NCBI GenBank assembly: GCA_903939515.1
Contig: CAJAHH010000123.1
Location: forward strand, 29,106 to 93,105
DNA from: an uncultured Verrucomicrobiota bacterium
GTDB lineage: Bacteria > Verrucomicrobiota > Verrucomicrobiia > Limisphaerales > UBA9464
Direction of reading: 5' to 3'
DNA length: 64,000 nt
A program made the translations under genes and the position numbers. Below the pieces are notes generated by a model, which saw nothing but the letters and a program-made list of their open reading frames with translations, was not told where the DNA came from and made no database searches. Shown one piece after another: positions 9,372-20,091 of the stretch. Numbering within the stretch: the stretch's first letter is position 1; each line of letters opens with the position of its first letter.

Positions 9372-12300
9372 GTCAAAGGCCCTCCAATGACTCTTCAGTC
9401 CATGGGTTGGCGGGCAGGATTGCTCACGCCTTCATCGACTCCAAGCTCACCCCGCTGATTGTGTTCGCCTCGGTGCTGCTTGGGGCCTTCGCGGTTTTGA
9501 TGCTGCCGCGCGAAGAGGAGCCACAAATCCAGGTACCGATGATGGATGTGATGGTCGTCATGCCCGGGTCATCGGCGCGGGAGGTCGAGGAGCGGGCCAC
9601 ACGCCCTATGGAAAAACTGCTCTGGGAGGTGCCTGGAGTGGAGTACCTCTATTCACAATCCAGAGAAGGCGAAGCACTGACAATTGTCCGCTTCAAGGTG
9701 GGCTCTGATCCAGATGCTAGCTTGGTGAAGGTTTCTGAAAAACTTCGGGCCAATCGGGACCGGATGCCGCATGGAGTGGATTTCCCTCTGATCAAGCCTC
9801 GGTCCATCGACGATGTCCCCATTCTGGCGCTGACTTTTCATAGTGGGCGATACGACCACCTGACCCTGCGACGATTGGTCTCGCAGGTAGACGACGCGGT
9901 GAAGCAAGTGCCTTGGGTGGCGGAGACCACCGTCATTGGGGGGGCGCGGCGGGAGTTGCGGGTGCTCTTGGACCCGGCACGCCTGGCCTCCCGCGGACTC
10001 AGCCCCGTGGGAATTATTCCCATGATGCAGCAGGCCAACCGCCAGTTCCGCAGCGGTGAGTTGACCTCGATGAATCAATCGATAGTCATCGAAACCGGCG
10101 CGTTTCTTCAGACCGCTGAGGATGTTCGCAACGTGGTGGTGGGCACAGTGGGTGGTCGGCCGATTTATCTGCGAGAGGTGGCTGAGGTGGTGGATGGCCC
10201 AGAGGAGCCTTCCAATTATGTGTTTTTTGGCGCTGGGCCCGCATCGACGAATGCCCCTTCAACCCGAGAAGAACCCGCCGTCACTTTGGCCATCGGCAAG
10301 CGTCCGGGGGCCAACGCGGTTTCAGTGGCCGAGAATGTTCTGCAGAAGGTTGAGTCGCTGAAAGGAATTGTCATACCGGCGGACGTGACGGTCTCGGTCA
10401 CTCGTCATTACGGTGAGACGGCTGCTGAGAAATCCAATGAGCTCTTGCTTCACATGGGCATCGCGGTGGTCAGCGTGTCCTTGCTGATTTGGCTGACCTT
10501 GGGATGGCGTGAGTCTGGGATCGTGGCTGTAGCCATTCCGGCGACCTTGGCCCTGACGTTGTTGGTCTTCTATTTGTATGGGTTCACGCTGAATCGGATC
10601 ACGCTCTTCGCCTTGATCTTCAGCATCGGTATCCTCGTCGATGATGCCATCGTGGTGGTGGAGAACATCGTTCGGCACTTCCACCTCACCCAGAATAGAA
10701 ACCGCTCGTGGAATACCATCGCCGTCGAGGCGGTCAGCGAGGTGGGAAATCCCACGATCCTGGCGACGTTCGCGGTGATCGCCGCCGTGCTGCCCATGGC
10801 CTTCGTGGGCGGCCTGATGGGGCCCTACATGCGCCCGATCCCCGTTGGGGCTAGCGCCGCCATGTTCTGGTCGCTGCTCATCGCTTTTATCGTCACGCCT
10901 TGGGCTAGCATCCGGATGTTGCGTTGGTTCGGAGGCGAAGCCCGCCTCGCCACCGTGCATGCGGGTGGAGATTCGAGCTCATCAGGCGGCTCCGAAGACG
11001 CATTGACCCGACTTTACCGCAAAGTGATGGATCCGTTGCTTCATCACCCGCTCTGGCAATGGACGTTCCTGGGCATCATCACGGCACTCCTTCTGGGGGC
11101 CATGTCCACAGTCGTGGCGGGTTGGGTGACCATGAAGATGTTGCCCTTCGATAATAAATCGGAGTTCCAGATCATTCTTAATATGCCTGAGGGCAGTTCG
11201 CTGGAGCGCACGGCCCAGGCGGCCCGTGAGATGGCTGCAGCTGTGCGAGATGAGCCCGAGGTGACCGATTACCAGATCTACGTGGGGTTGGCTTCACCGT
11301 TCAATTTTAACGGGTTGGTGCGTCATTATTTTTTGCGGCGGGGACCCGCGGTCGCCGACATCCAGGTCAACTTGGTAGGCAAGCATTCCCGAAAGGCCCA
11401 GAGCCATGACATCGCCAAGCGGATTCGACCTGCGGTGGCCCTGGTGGCTCAGCGGTTCGGGGCCCGAGTGGCCATCGCTGAGGTGCCGCCGGGTCCTCCG
11501 GTTCTCCAGACGCTGGTCGCTGAGATTTATGGACCTGACGATGCGGCCCGAGCGGTGCTGGCGGAGCAGGTAAGGTCCATCTTCCAGTCGACACCGGGCG
11601 TCGTCGATGTGGATTGGTACGAGGAGGCTGATCAACCCAAAACCCGCTTCGTCATCGACAAAGAAAAAGCCGCGCTCGTTGGCATCAGTGCCGAGACCAT
11701 TTCCAAGACCCTGCACATCGCGGTGGGTGGTGAGTCGGTGGATTTGTTGCACGTGCCGCGGGAGAAGGAGGACGTCAACCTAGTCCTCCAGTTACCGCGC
11801 TCGGCCCGGGTTCGGCCGGAGGAGTTATTGGCCCTGCGGGTCCGCAGTGGCGATGCCAATGCCCTGCCCGAGCCGGGCGGGACACAGGTGGGTCCATCCC
11901 TGGTGCCCCTTCGGGAGTTGGTCCGCATCGAGAAGGGGTTTGTCGAAAAGAGTCGGCATCGCAAGAATCTGGTGCCCGTAAATTATGTGATCGGTGATGT
12001 GGCCGGAGTCATCGAGAGCCCCGTGTACGCCATTGCAGCGATGAACAAGAAACTGGAGGCGCTGCCGGGGAAGCCCCGCATTCACAATGCCTCGATGCCC
12101 ATCTCGGATGCGGATCCCGCCATCAAATGGGATGGCGAGTGGCACATCACGCTGGAGGTATTCCGGGATCTGGGTATCGCCTTCGCTGCGGTGCTGGTGC
12201 TTATTTACGTGCTCATGGTGGGGTGGTTTCGGTCGTTCCTGACCCCGTTGTTGGTGATGCTGGCCATCCCGTTTTCTCTAGTCGGAATATTACCGGCCCA

Positions 12301-12667
12301 TGGGGCCATGGGGGCGTTTTTCACTGCCACTTCCATGATTGGGTTCATGGCGGGGGCGGGGATCGTCGTCCGCAATTCGATCATCCTGGTGGATTTCATC
12401 GAGCAAGGCCTGCGTGACGGGATGCCGTTAGATCAGGCAGTGATCGAGGCGGGCGCGGTCCGGTTTCGGCCTATGGTGCTGACAGCGGCTGCGGTGATCG
12501 TTGGTGCGGCGGTGATCCTGGCCGATCCGATCTTCCAGGGGTTGGCCATCTCCTTAATGGCCGGCGAGGTTGCTTCATTGCTCATCAGCCGTATGGCGGT
12601 GCCGGTACTTTACTTCATGGCGCATCGCCGATCGAAGTCTGAGATGAGTCGGTCAAAGCCGCTTTGA
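9368..12667 (+). CDS. RND efflux permease (AcrB/AcrD/AcrF family)
   Basis: 1099 aa; [43 protein letters not shown]; two large periplasmic loops. Confidence 0.95.
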   Translation: MSQRPSNDSSVHGLAGRIAHAFIDSKLTPLIVFASVLLGAFAVLMLPREEEPQIQVPMMDVMVVMPGSSAREVEERATRPMEKLLWEVPGVEYLYSQSREGEALTIVRFKVGSDPDASLVKVSEKLRANRDRMPHGVDFPLIKPRSIDDVPILALTFHSGRYDHLTLRRLVSQVDDAVKQVPWVAETTVIGGARRELRVLLDPARLASRGLSPVGIIPMMQQANRQFRSGELTSMNQSIVIETGAFLQTAEDVRNVVVGTVGGRPIYLREVAEVVDGPEEPSNYVFFGAGPASTNAPSTREEPAVTLAIGKRPGANAVSVAENVLQKVESLKGIVIPADVTVSVTRHYGETAAEKSNELLLHMGIAVVSVSLLIWLTLGWRESGIVAVAIPATLALTLLVFYLYGFTLNRITLFALIFSIGILVDDAIVVVENIVRHFHLTQNRNRSWNTIAVEAVSEVGNPTILATFAVIAAVLPMAFVGGLMGPYMRPIPVGASAAMFWSLLIAFIVTPWASIRMLRWFGGEARLATVHAGGDSSSSGGSEDALTRLYRKVMDPLLHHPLWQWTFLGIITALLLGAMSTVVAGWVTMKMLPFDNKSEFQIILNMPEGSSLERTAQAAREMAAAVRDEPEVTDYQIYVGLASPFNFNGLVRHYFLRRGPAVADIQVNLVGKHSRKAQSHDIAKRIRPAVALVAQRFGARVAIAEVPPGPPVLQTLVAEIYGPDDAARAVLAEQVRSIFQSTPGVVDVDWYEEADQPKTRFVIDKEKAALVGISAETISKTLHIAVGGESVDLLHVPREKEDVNLVLQLPRSARVRPEELLALRVRSGDANALPEPGGTQVGPSLVPLRELVRIEKGFVEKSRHRKNLVPVNYVIGDVAGVIESPVYAIAAMNKKLEALPGKPRIHNASMPISDADPAIKWDGEWHITLEVFRDLGIAFAAVLVLIYVLMVGWFRSFLTPLLVMLAIPFSLVGILPAHGAMGAFFTATSMIGFMAGAGIVVRNSIILVDFIEQGLRDGMPLDQAVIEAGAVRFRPMVLTAAAVIVGAAVILADPIFQGLAISLMAGEVASLLISRMAVPVLYFMAHRRSKSEMSRSKPL

Positions 12668-12849
12668 CGGGCCTGCAGGAGCGGTGGGGAGGCGAGGGCG
12701 GCGATGTCGACTAAAGGCATCCCCGGTAACCTCCAAGGGCTTCGGCCCAAGCCTCAGTCGCGGCCGAGCTGAGTTCCCAGACTTGAATGGGTGCGAGAAC
12801 ACTACTCCAGATTCTTGACTCACTGGGGCCTCGGCCAGAACGTCGTCTC

Positions 12850-15648
12850 ATGCCACGCCCAAATCCCCAGTCCGGAGGAAAAACTCTGAAAGGGGGGAGA
12901 GTGCGTTTTCATCTGGGCACTGCCGGGTGGGATCGATGGCTTCGGTGCGCTCAGAAGCTCATCATCATTGGATGCCTCGCGGCCAGTTTCAAGGGGTCGG
13001 CTGCCGAGGTTCCAGTGGGCGGGACCGAAGTATGGTGGGCCTTCCGGCCTGTGGCCTCACCGCCGGTTCCTCAGGGGGCTAGCCCAAAGAACCTCGGGCC
13101 TGAGAATCCAATCGATGCGTTCGTTCGCCGAAGTCTCTCAGCCAAGTCGCTGAGTTTGAGTCCGCAGGCCAGCCCACGGGAACTACTGCGCCGCCTCCAC
13201 ATCGACCTGGTTGGATTACCTCCCACGCCCGAGGAGACGGCCGCCTTTGAGCGTGACGTTTCTCCGGAGGCCTGGGCTCGACGGGTCGATGCATTGCTAG
13301 CAAGTCCTCGCTATGGGGAGCGGTGGGGGCGTCATTGGTTGGATGTTGTTCGATTTGCTCAGAGCAATGGCTATGAGCGGGATGGTGAAAAACGGGAGGC
13401 CTGGCGCTACCGCGATTACGTCATCCGGGCCTTCAATCAGGACAAGCCCTACGACCGCTTCATTCGAGAACAAATCGCCGGTGATGAATGGGCACCGAGT
13501 CTGGTGACTGCAACCGGTGGAGCGGGAGACGCCTGGAAAGACGCGGTGGTCGCCACCGGATTTTTGCGACTGGGTGTCCATGACGACGAGCCGGATGACA
13601 AACTCCAGGCCGAGTTCGACGAACTGGATGACATTGTTGGGACCACTGGAGCCGCGTTCCTTGGGATGACCGTCGCGTGTGCCCGATGCCACGACCACAA
13701 ATTTGACCCCATTCCCCAGCGCGATTACTACGCGATGCTGGCCATCTTCCGCCCGCTTCATGTCGGAGTGAGCGGGGGACCTGGCCTCGAATCGCCGTTG
13801 TTCGCCCCATTGGCCGCCCCGGCTCAAATTGCCGATTGGAAGGCCTCCCAAGAACGTCAGCGCCGCGACTTGGAGACCCAACGAGCGGCTTCGACCGACG
13901 AGGCGACCCGCAAGGTTCTCAGCCGACGCCTCGAGGCGCTCTCGAAGACCGAACCGCCCTTCGAATGGGCTCTGGCGGCCCGTGAACAGGCCGGACCGGC
14001 GACGCCCGTGCAAGTGCTCGCCCGCGGTAATCCCCGGTCTCCGGGAGCGGAGGTGTCGCCTGGATTTTTGAGGGCGGCGGGTGGAGGGGATGCTCCGGTC
14101 GGGAAGGCGGGATTGCCTACGGCCAACCGCCGTCAGGCCTTGGCTGACTGGATCGCCAGCCCCGCCAACCCGCTGACGGCCCGGGTTCTGGTGAACCGGA
14201 TTTGGCATCACCACTTCGGTCGGGGATTGGTCCGAACCACGACAGACTTTGGGCGCGTGGGCAGCCTTCCGACGCACCCAGAGCTCTTAGACTGGTTAGC
14301 GGTCGAGTTCGTCCGTCAGGGATGGTCTCTCAAGGCGCTTCACCGCCTCATCCTGACCTCGGCCACCTGGATGCAATCGTCGCGGATTCCGAATCCGGCG
14401 GCGTTCGAGGCCGATCCGGCCAATGAACTGCTTTGGCGCCAGAACTTACGACGCCTCGACGCCGAGGCCCTCCGAGACACGCTACTTTCGGTCTCTGGCT
14501 CGTTGAATTTAGAGACGGGTGGGCGAGGGTTTTTCCCGGCGCTCAGTGGCGAGGTGTTGGCGGGCGGATCACGGCCGGGCACCGACTGGCAAGTGTCCGG
14601 CCCGGGTGAGCGGGCCCGACGCAGTGTCTACGCGTACATCCGGCGCACCTCCATGGTGCCTATGTTTGAGGCTTTTGATTACAGCAACGCCACCTCGCCA
14701 TTGTCCGAACGCCCCACTACCACGGTCGCTCCGCAGGCCCTGATGCTCTTGAATGACGCCTTTGTTCAGGAGCAGGCGGGCGCGCTGGCCCATCGGGTGC
14801 GGAGGGCTGGCGGACCGGGCGCGAGCGATGGGTTACTCTTGCAGCAGGCCTGGACTCGAGTCACAGGCCGAACGCCCCAGCCCGAGGAGGTAGCCCAGAT
14901 GTCTGAATTCCTGTCCCGTCAGACGACGGTGTGGGAGGGGCTGCGCCACCGCTTGTCATTCCGGCCCGATGTGCCCGACACCTTGTCCGTGCCTTATTTC
15001 AACGCGCTTCCGGCCGAGCGCTTCCTGGTACCGCCCAGTCCTGGGTGGGAATCTTACAAGGGTCGCTGGCCCCGCGAGTACGAGGGCAACAAGGCTCTGG
15101 AGCCCGGGCGGGGGGCTTTCGCGCTTTGGCGCGGCACCACGATGAGCGACGGAGAACTGACCGTGGACCTTGTGCCTCAGGTGGGTTGTTCGCAGGTGAG
15201 CCTCCTCATGCGTTGTTCAGTTCTACCCGGCGAGTCTGACGAGAGTGGGTTGGAATTGGTCTTTGAGCCACGGGAGGGCCGCCTGGTTGTGCGCCAACTG
15301 ACCGCCACCTCGGCAGTCCCGATCGCCTCCTGCGGCGGTGTTTTCCTTCGGGGCGATCGATTGCCTGTCCGCATCCGCCTTGAAGGGGATCGTTTGGCAG
15401 TTTTTCTGGGCGACGAACCCGCACCGAAATTGCAGGCCATGGCCCGATCGGGAGGGCCGGCTTCCGGGCGTCTGGGCGTCCGTGCTTGGGGATCGGGTGT
15501 CAGCCTCGACCAATTCCGTTGGACGCCTTTGGGCGGTGTGACCCAGCCCCTCTGGCCTGAACTCCCCCACGATTGGGCCCGTCACCGGGCTTTTGAGAGC
15601 GCCTGTCTCCTCCTGCTTAACCTCAACGAAGTGGCCTATGTCGACTAA
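12850..15648 (+). CDS. DUF1549 (PSCyt2)/DUF1553 (PSD1) protein with an inserted C-terminal beta-sandwich domain
   Basis: [73 protein letters not shown]. Start uncertain (12787, 12850 or 12901). Confidence 0.9.
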   Translation: MPRPNPQSGGKTLKGGRVRFHLGTAGWDRWLRCAQKLIIIGCLAASFKGSAAEVPVGGTEVWWAFRPVASPPVPQGASPKNLGPENPIDAFVRRSLSAKSLSLSPQASPRELLRRLHIDLVGLPPTPEETAAFERDVSPEAWARRVDALLASPRYGERWGRHWLDVVRFAQSNGYERDGEKREAWRYRDYVIRAFNQDKPYDRFIREQIAGDEWAPSLVTATGGAGDAWKDAVVATGFLRLGVHDDEPDDKLQAEFDELDDIVGTTGAAFLGMTVACARCHDHKFDPIPQRDYYAMLAIFRPLHVGVSGGPGLESPLFAPLAAPAQIADWKASQERQRRDLETQRAASTDEATRKVLSRRLEALSKTEPPFEWALAAREQAGPATPVQVLARGNPRSPGAEVSPGFLRAAGGGDAPVGKAGLPTANRRQALADWIASPANPLTARVLVNRIWHHHFGRGLVRTTTDFGRVGSLPTHPELLDWLAVEFVRQGWSLKALHRLILTSATWMQSSRIPNPAAFEADPANELLWRQNLRRLDAEALRDTLLSVSGSLNLETGGRGFFPALSGEVLAGGSRPGTDWQVSGPGERARRSVYAYIRRTSMVPMFEAFDYSNATSPLSERPTTTVAPQALMLLNDAFVQEQAGALAHRVRRAGGPGASDGLLLQQAWTRVTGRTPQPEEVAQMSEFLSRQTTVWEGLRHRLSFRPDVPDTLSVPYFNALPAERFLVPPSPGWESYKGRWPREYEGNKALEPGRGAFALWRGTTMSDGELTVDLVPQVGCSQVSLLMRCSVLPGESDESGLELVFEPREGRLVVRQLTATSAVPIASCGGVFLRGDRLPVRIRLEGDRLAVFLGDEPAPKLQAMARSGGPASGRLGVRAWGSGVSLDQFRWTPLGGVTQPLWPELPHDWARHRAFESACLLLLNLNEVAYVD

Positions 15649-17125
15649 CTCCCGCCCTCAGAACCAGCCCGTTTGCTCAGGTTCGCGCCGCGATTTTTTG
15701 GCTCAGTTCGGTGCAGGCTTCACCAGCTTGGCTCTCTCCGGAATGCTCGAGGCCGACGGGTTCTTTGCGCGCCCCGACGTGGCAGCCAGCGTGTCGTCAG
15801 ATCCGATGCGCGTGAAACCGCCCCATCTTCCGACGAAGGCCAAGGCCTGCATTTTTCTCTTCATGTACGGAGGTCCCTCGCAAATGGACCTCTTCGACTA
15901 CAAGCCGGAATTGAACCGTCGCCACGGTCAGACTGCGTCGCTCGAACAGCGCCGCCGCGACGTGAAGCCTGGAACCTTGCTCGGTTCCAAGCGGACGTTC
16001 CGTCAGTGCGGTCAGTCGGGTTTGTGGTGCAGCGATGTGCTGCCGCATCTCTCGGCGCACATGGACAAGTTGGCTGTCATCAAGTCGCTCTACGCCGACT
16101 CCTTCGCCCACGGCTCGGCCATGATCCAGATGAACAGCGGGCGGGTGTTGCAAGGGTGGCCGTCGATGGGTTCCTGGATGTCCTATGGTCTGGGCTCAGC
16201 CAACGCCAACTTGCCGGGCTACGTGGTGATGCTCGATCCGCGCGGCGGACCCATTAGTGGTTCGGCCAATTGGTCCAGCGGATTCATGCCTGCCGCTTAC
16301 CAGGGGACCGTGTTCCGGGCTTCGGGAAATCCCATCCTGAACTTGGATCCGGCGGACGGCTCACCGACCGAGGTTCAGCGTGACACCATCTCCACCCTCA
16401 ACGCTCTTAATGCCGGGCACTTGGCCTCGCGTCCCGGGTTCAGTGAACTGCAGGCCCGAATCGCGAGCTACGAACTGGCCTTTAAACTCCAGCGCAGCGC
16501 CCCGGATGCCCTCGACTTGTCTCAGGAATCGGCCGCCACTTTGGAGAACTACGGCGTAAACCAGTCGCGCCCCGACGATCACCCGCTAGCCCTCGGGCCC
16601 GCGCCCTTCGGTCGTCAATGCCTTATCGCCCGGCGACTGGTCGAGCGGGGTGTTCGCTTTATTCAGATTTACCACGGCGGCGGACATCAGCAGCAGAACT
16701 GGGATGCCCACAACGGCGTGGAGGAAAACCTCCGCATCCATGGGCCGGAAATCGACCGCCCGATCGCTGCCCTCTTGGCCGATCTCGAGCAACGGGGGCT
16801 CCTCGATTCGACGTTGATCGTTTGGGGCGGCGAGTTTGGCCGGCAGGCTGTCTCGCAGGGCGGCAACGGCGGCCGCGACCACAATCCCAAAGGTTTCACG
16901 TACTGGATGGCCGGCGGGGGCGTCCGTGGCGGTACCAGCTATGGCGAGACCGACGAACTGGGCCACGAGGCCGCCGTGGATCGTCATCACATCCGCGACT
17001 TGCACGCCACCATCTTGCACCTCATGGGGCTGGATCCCCAGCGGCTCACGTATTTTTACGGCGGTCTCGACCAGAAACTCACCGGCGTGGTGGAGCCTGA
17101 GGTCATCCGGCGTATCTTGGCCTAG
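15638..17125 (+). CDS. DUF1501 family protein with Tat signal
   Basis: SRRDFL; IFLFMYGGPSQMDLFDYKP; WDAH; GEFGR; GRDHNP. Overlaps the stop of the upstream DUF1553 gene. Confidence 0.93.
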   Translation: MSTNSRPQNQPVCSGSRRDFLAQFGAGFTSLALSGMLEADGFFARPDVAASVSSDPMRVKPPHLPTKAKACIFLFMYGGPSQMDLFDYKPELNRRHGQTASLEQRRRDVKPGTLLGSKRTFRQCGQSGLWCSDVLPHLSAHMDKLAVIKSLYADSFAHGSAMIQMNSGRVLQGWPSMGSWMSYGLGSANANLPGYVVMLDPRGGPISGSANWSSGFMPAAYQGTVFRASGNPILNLDPADGSPTEVQRDTISTLNALNAGHLASRPGFSELQARIASYELAFKLQRSAPDALDLSQESAATLENYGVNQSRPDDHPLALGPAPFGRQCLIARRLVERGVRFIQIYHGGGHQQQNWDAHNGVEENLRIHGPEIDRPIAALLADLEQRGLLDSTLIVWGGEFGRQAVSQGGNGGRDHNPKGFTYWMAGGGVRGGTSYGETDELGHEAAVDRHHIRDLHATILHLMGLDPQRLTYFYGGLDQKLTGVVEPEVIRRILA

Positions 17126-17185
17126 CTGAGTTTGGACCGGTCTGGTTTCGCTCAGAACGGGTCAGAACGGGTAGGATCGCCGGTT

Positions 17186-17229
17186 AAAAAACAAAAAACC
17201 CTCGGAAACGTAATGTTTCCGAGGGTTTT
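17186..17229 (-). terminator. Rho-independent terminator of the tRNA operon (possibly bidirectional)
   Basis: Perfect stem AAAACCCTCGGAAAC-GTAAT-GTTTCCGAGGGTTTT (17195-17229) followed by a long U tract on the minus strand. Confidence 0.85.
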
Positions 17230-17232
17230 AAA

Positions 17233-17307
17233 TGGCGACCCCACGGGGAATCGAACCCCGGTTACTGCCGTGAAAGGGCGGTGTCCTAACCGCTAGACGA
17301 TGGGGTC
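17233..17307 (-). tRNA. tRNA-Glu (anticodon UUC)
   Basis: Reverse complement GACCCCATCGTCTAGCGGTTAGGACACCGCCCTTTCACGGCAGTAACCGGGGTTCGATTCCCCGTGGGGTCGCCA: cloverleaf, TTCGA T-loop, encoded CCA. Confidence 0.97.
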
Positions 17308-17390
17308 TAAAAGAGCGGCGTGTCTTTCGCAGACTATCGCCATAATTGTCACGCTATAAATTCGTGCTTTAAATTTACGCCATAAATAAC

Positions 17391-17465
17391 TGGTGGGTCG
17401 GCAGGGATTTGAACCCTGGACCAACGGCTTAAAAGGCCGCTGCTCTACCGCTGAGCTACCGACCC
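17391..17465 (-). tRNA. tRNA-Lys (anticodon UUU)
   Basis: Reverse complement GGGTCGGTAGCTCAGCGGTAGAGCAGCGGCCTTTTAAGCCGTTGGTCCAGGGTTCAAATCCCTGCCGACCCACCA: cloverleaf with encoded CCA. Confidence 0.97.
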
Positions 17466-17720
17466 GCCATAAAGCGGATGCGCAAGGTATCGGGCTCAGT
17501 GTCGGCGGCAAGGAGTCTTTTCAGAAGACTTTGTAATAATGCGTGGGCAGCGGCAGTCGGAGGGTCTCTTTCGAGGGTTCGGGTGGGGTTTCTCGAAGGG
17601 GTCTTCGGCATCATGCCGTGAGCGATGCATAGTTCGTGATAAAATTTATCCGAGTTTCTGGGAGGCAAGCTTGACGCAGAGGGCTGAATTTCGGACCAAG
17701 AGTGTCGTCACTTCCCAGTC

Positions 17721-19022
17721 ATGAATTCACCACTCGAGAACCGCCGGGACTTTCTCAAGTCCAGTTCAACCGCCGCAGCCCTGTCATTTGCCGCGCCGGC
17801 CCTGCTGATGCGAGATCGCGCCTTTGCCGCCAACTCCGACACCCTTCGCATCGGCCTTGTGGGCTGCGGCGGGCGTGGCACCGGTGCCGCCGGCAATGCG
17901 CTGGAGGCCGACAAGAACTTGGTCCTCGTGGCCATGGGCGATGCCTTTGAGGATCAGATGAAGCAGAGCCACTCCAGCCTGGACAAGCAGTTCCCCGGCC
18001 GCGTGCAGGTGGAGCCCTCCAAGCGCTTCGTCGGTCTCGACGCCTACCAGAAGGTGATCGACGCCGGTGTGGACGTGGTGTTGCTGGCCTCGCCTCCGGG
18101 ATTCCGTCCCGCCCACTTGCGTTATGCGGTCGAGAAGAAGAAGCACATCTTCTGCGAGAAGCCGATGGCCACTGACAGCGCCGGCATCCGTCACGTGATG
18201 GAGTCGGTCCGCATGTCCAAGGAAGCCAAGCTCAACTTGGTGGCGGGCTACTGCTGGCGCTATTCCTTCCCGCAGCAGGAGTTCTTCAAGCGCATCAACG
18301 AAGGCGAGATCGGTGAGGTCTTGGCCATGTACGGCACCTACCTGACCGGCCCCGTGAAGCCGATGCAGTCTCCCGCGCAGCGCAAAGACGGCGTGGGCGA
18401 TCTCGAGTGGCAGATGCGCAACTGGATGAACTTCACCTGGCTAGCCGGCGACGGCTACGTCGAGCAGTGCATCCACACCGTAGACAAGATGATGTGGGCC
18501 TTCGGTGACAAGCCGCCGGCCAAGGTCGTCGCCAACGGCGGACGCGTGCACCCGAACTACGAGGGCAACATTTTCGATCACATGACGGCCACCTACGAGT
18601 GGGCCAATGGTGCTCGGGGTGTCATCGCTCAGCGTCAGATCGCCAACTGCTACAGCGACAACAGCGACTACTTGCTCGGCGGCAAAGGCAAGGGATGGAA
18701 CGGATGGTCCAACTCCTATTTCAAGAATGCCGATGGTTCCAACGGTTGGCGTTATCGCGGTGAGAAGCCCGACATGTACGTGGTGGAGCACCAGCACCTC
18801 TACAAGGCCATCCGCAACGGTGAGCTGCACAATGACGGTGACCGTATGGTGAACAGCACGCTGGCTGGCATCATGGGACGCTTGGCCGCCTACACCGGTC
18901 AGGAAGTGACCTGGGAGCAGGCCCTGAACTCTCAGATCAAGCTCGTTCCGGACAACTTGTCCTGGGACATGAAGCTGCCGATCGAGCCGTTGCCGGTTCC
19001 GGGCAAGACCAAATTGTCCTGA
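17721..19022 (+). CDS. Tat-exported Gfo/Idh/MocA family oxidoreductase
   Basis: NRRDFLK Tat motif; IGLVGCGGRGTGA; FCEKP; WQMRNW; VEQCIH. Confidence 0.93.
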   Translation: MNSPLENRRDFLKSSSTAAALSFAAPALLMRDRAFAANSDTLRIGLVGCGGRGTGAAGNALEADKNLVLVAMGDAFEDQMKQSHSSLDKQFPGRVQVEPSKRFVGLDAYQKVIDAGVDVVLLASPPGFRPAHLRYAVEKKKHIFCEKPMATDSAGIRHVMESVRMSKEAKLNLVAGYCWRYSFPQQEFFKRINEGEIGEVLAMYGTYLTGPVKPMQSPAQRKDGVGDLEWQMRNWMNFTWLAGDGYVEQCIHTVDKMMWAFGDKPPAKVVANGGRVHPNYEGNIFDHMTATYEWANGARGVIAQRQIANCYSDNSDYLLGGKGKGWNGWSNSYFKNADGSNGWRYRGEKPDMYVVEHQHLYKAIRNGELHNDGDRMVNSTLAGIMGRLAAYTGQEVTWEQALNSQIKLVPDNLSWDMKLPIEPLPVPGKTKLS

Positions 19023-19036
19023 GACCGCATTGAGGC

Positions 19037-19070
19037 GACCGGCTGGGTGGATATTGAAGCCCAGCCGGTC
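19037..19070. terminator. Intergenic GC-rich hairpin (terminator or mRNA stabiliser)
   Basis: GACCGGCTGGG-12 nt-CCCAGCCGGTC, perfect 11-bp stem; a second hairpin CTTCGGC/GCCGAAG at 19091-19112. Confidence 0.55.
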
Positions 19071-19209
19071 CCTGCTTCGGTGAGTTTCCGCTTCGGCGAC
19101 CTCGTGCCGAAGTCGGCATCTCGGTCTGATAATCCTTTTCGTTCTGATAGTCTATTTGCCGCGTCTTCGTTCTACCCGTTCCCTGTTCCTTCAGAACCCG
19201 CACCCTGCC

Positions 19210-20091
19210 ATGAATCGCCGTGATTTTCTCCACACCGCTGCCCTCCTAGGAGCTTCGTTGCCCGCCTTCGCGCAGACCCAGACCGCTCCTAAGCGCAAGA
19301 TTCTCAAGGGGATCATGTGGGGCACCGTTGGGGTTCCTGGTTCGGTGATGCAGAAAATGGAGGCGGTCAAGGCGGCGGGCTTTGACGGGGTGGAGCCGAT
19401 GGGCGGCATGGACAATGCCGAGATGAACGCCGCCCTGAAGGCCACCGGTCTCAAGGCCGGTTCCGTGTGTTGCCATACGCACTGGGCCAAGCCGCTGTCC
19501 GACCCGAATCCGGCCGTTCGCGAGGTCGGGGTCGAGGGCCTTAAGCTGTCGCTGCGCGATGCCAAGGCCTACGGCGCTCCGGCGGTGCTGCTGGTGCCCG
19601 CCGTCGTCAATGCGTCCATTAGTTATGCCGACGCGTACACCCGCTCCCAAGCCGAGATTCGCAAGGTGGTGCCGCTGGCCGAGGAGTTGGGTGTGAAGAT
19701 TGCCATCGAAAACGTCTGGAACAATTTTCTCCTGAGCCCCCTCGAGGCCGCCCGCTATATCGATGAATTCAAGAGCCCCATGGTGGGCTGGCACCTCGAT
19801 GTCGGTAACCTCATCCACTACGGATGGCCCGAACAGTGGGTTCGCATCTTGGGCAAGCGCATCGCGACGCTGCACATCAAGGAGTACAGCCGGACTAAGT
19901 CTGACAAGCAGGGCAAGTGGGCGGGCTTCGATGCCGAATTTCTCAAGGGCGACAACAACTGGCCCGCGGTCATGAAGGCCATCGACGAGATCGGTTATCA
20001 TGGGTGGGGCATCGCCGAACAGGGAGGCGCTGGCTCTCCGGAGGGGCTCAAGAAGCTCTCCACCGAGATGGATCAGATCTTCGCTTCCTGA
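19210..20091 (+). CDS. Tat-exported sugar phosphate isomerase/epimerase (xylose isomerase-like TIM barrel)
   Basis: MNRRDFL; AGFDGVE; IAIENVWNNFL; HLDVGN; LHIKEY. Confidence 0.92.
   Translation: MNRRDFLHTAALLGASLPAFAQTQTAPKRKILKGIMWGTVGVPGSVMQKMEAVKAAGFDGVEPMGGMDNAEMNAALKATGLKAGSVCCHTHWAKPLSDPNPAVREVGVEGLKLSLRDAKAYGAPAVLLVPAVVNASISYADAYTRSQAEIRKVVPLAEELGVKIAIENVWNNFLLSPLEAARYIDEFKSPMVGWHLDVGNLIHYGWPEQWVRILGKRIATLHIKEYSRTKSDKQGKWAGFDAEFLKGDNNWPAVMKAIDEIGYHGWGIAEQGGAGSPEGLKKLSTEMDQIFAS

Noticed and set aside
12720..12780. Possible riboswitch or ncRNA (GGGC-TTCG-GCCC hairpin and CTCAG/CTGAG stem)
   Set aside because: The stems are short, expected at this GC content, and match no riboswitch consensus I recognise.
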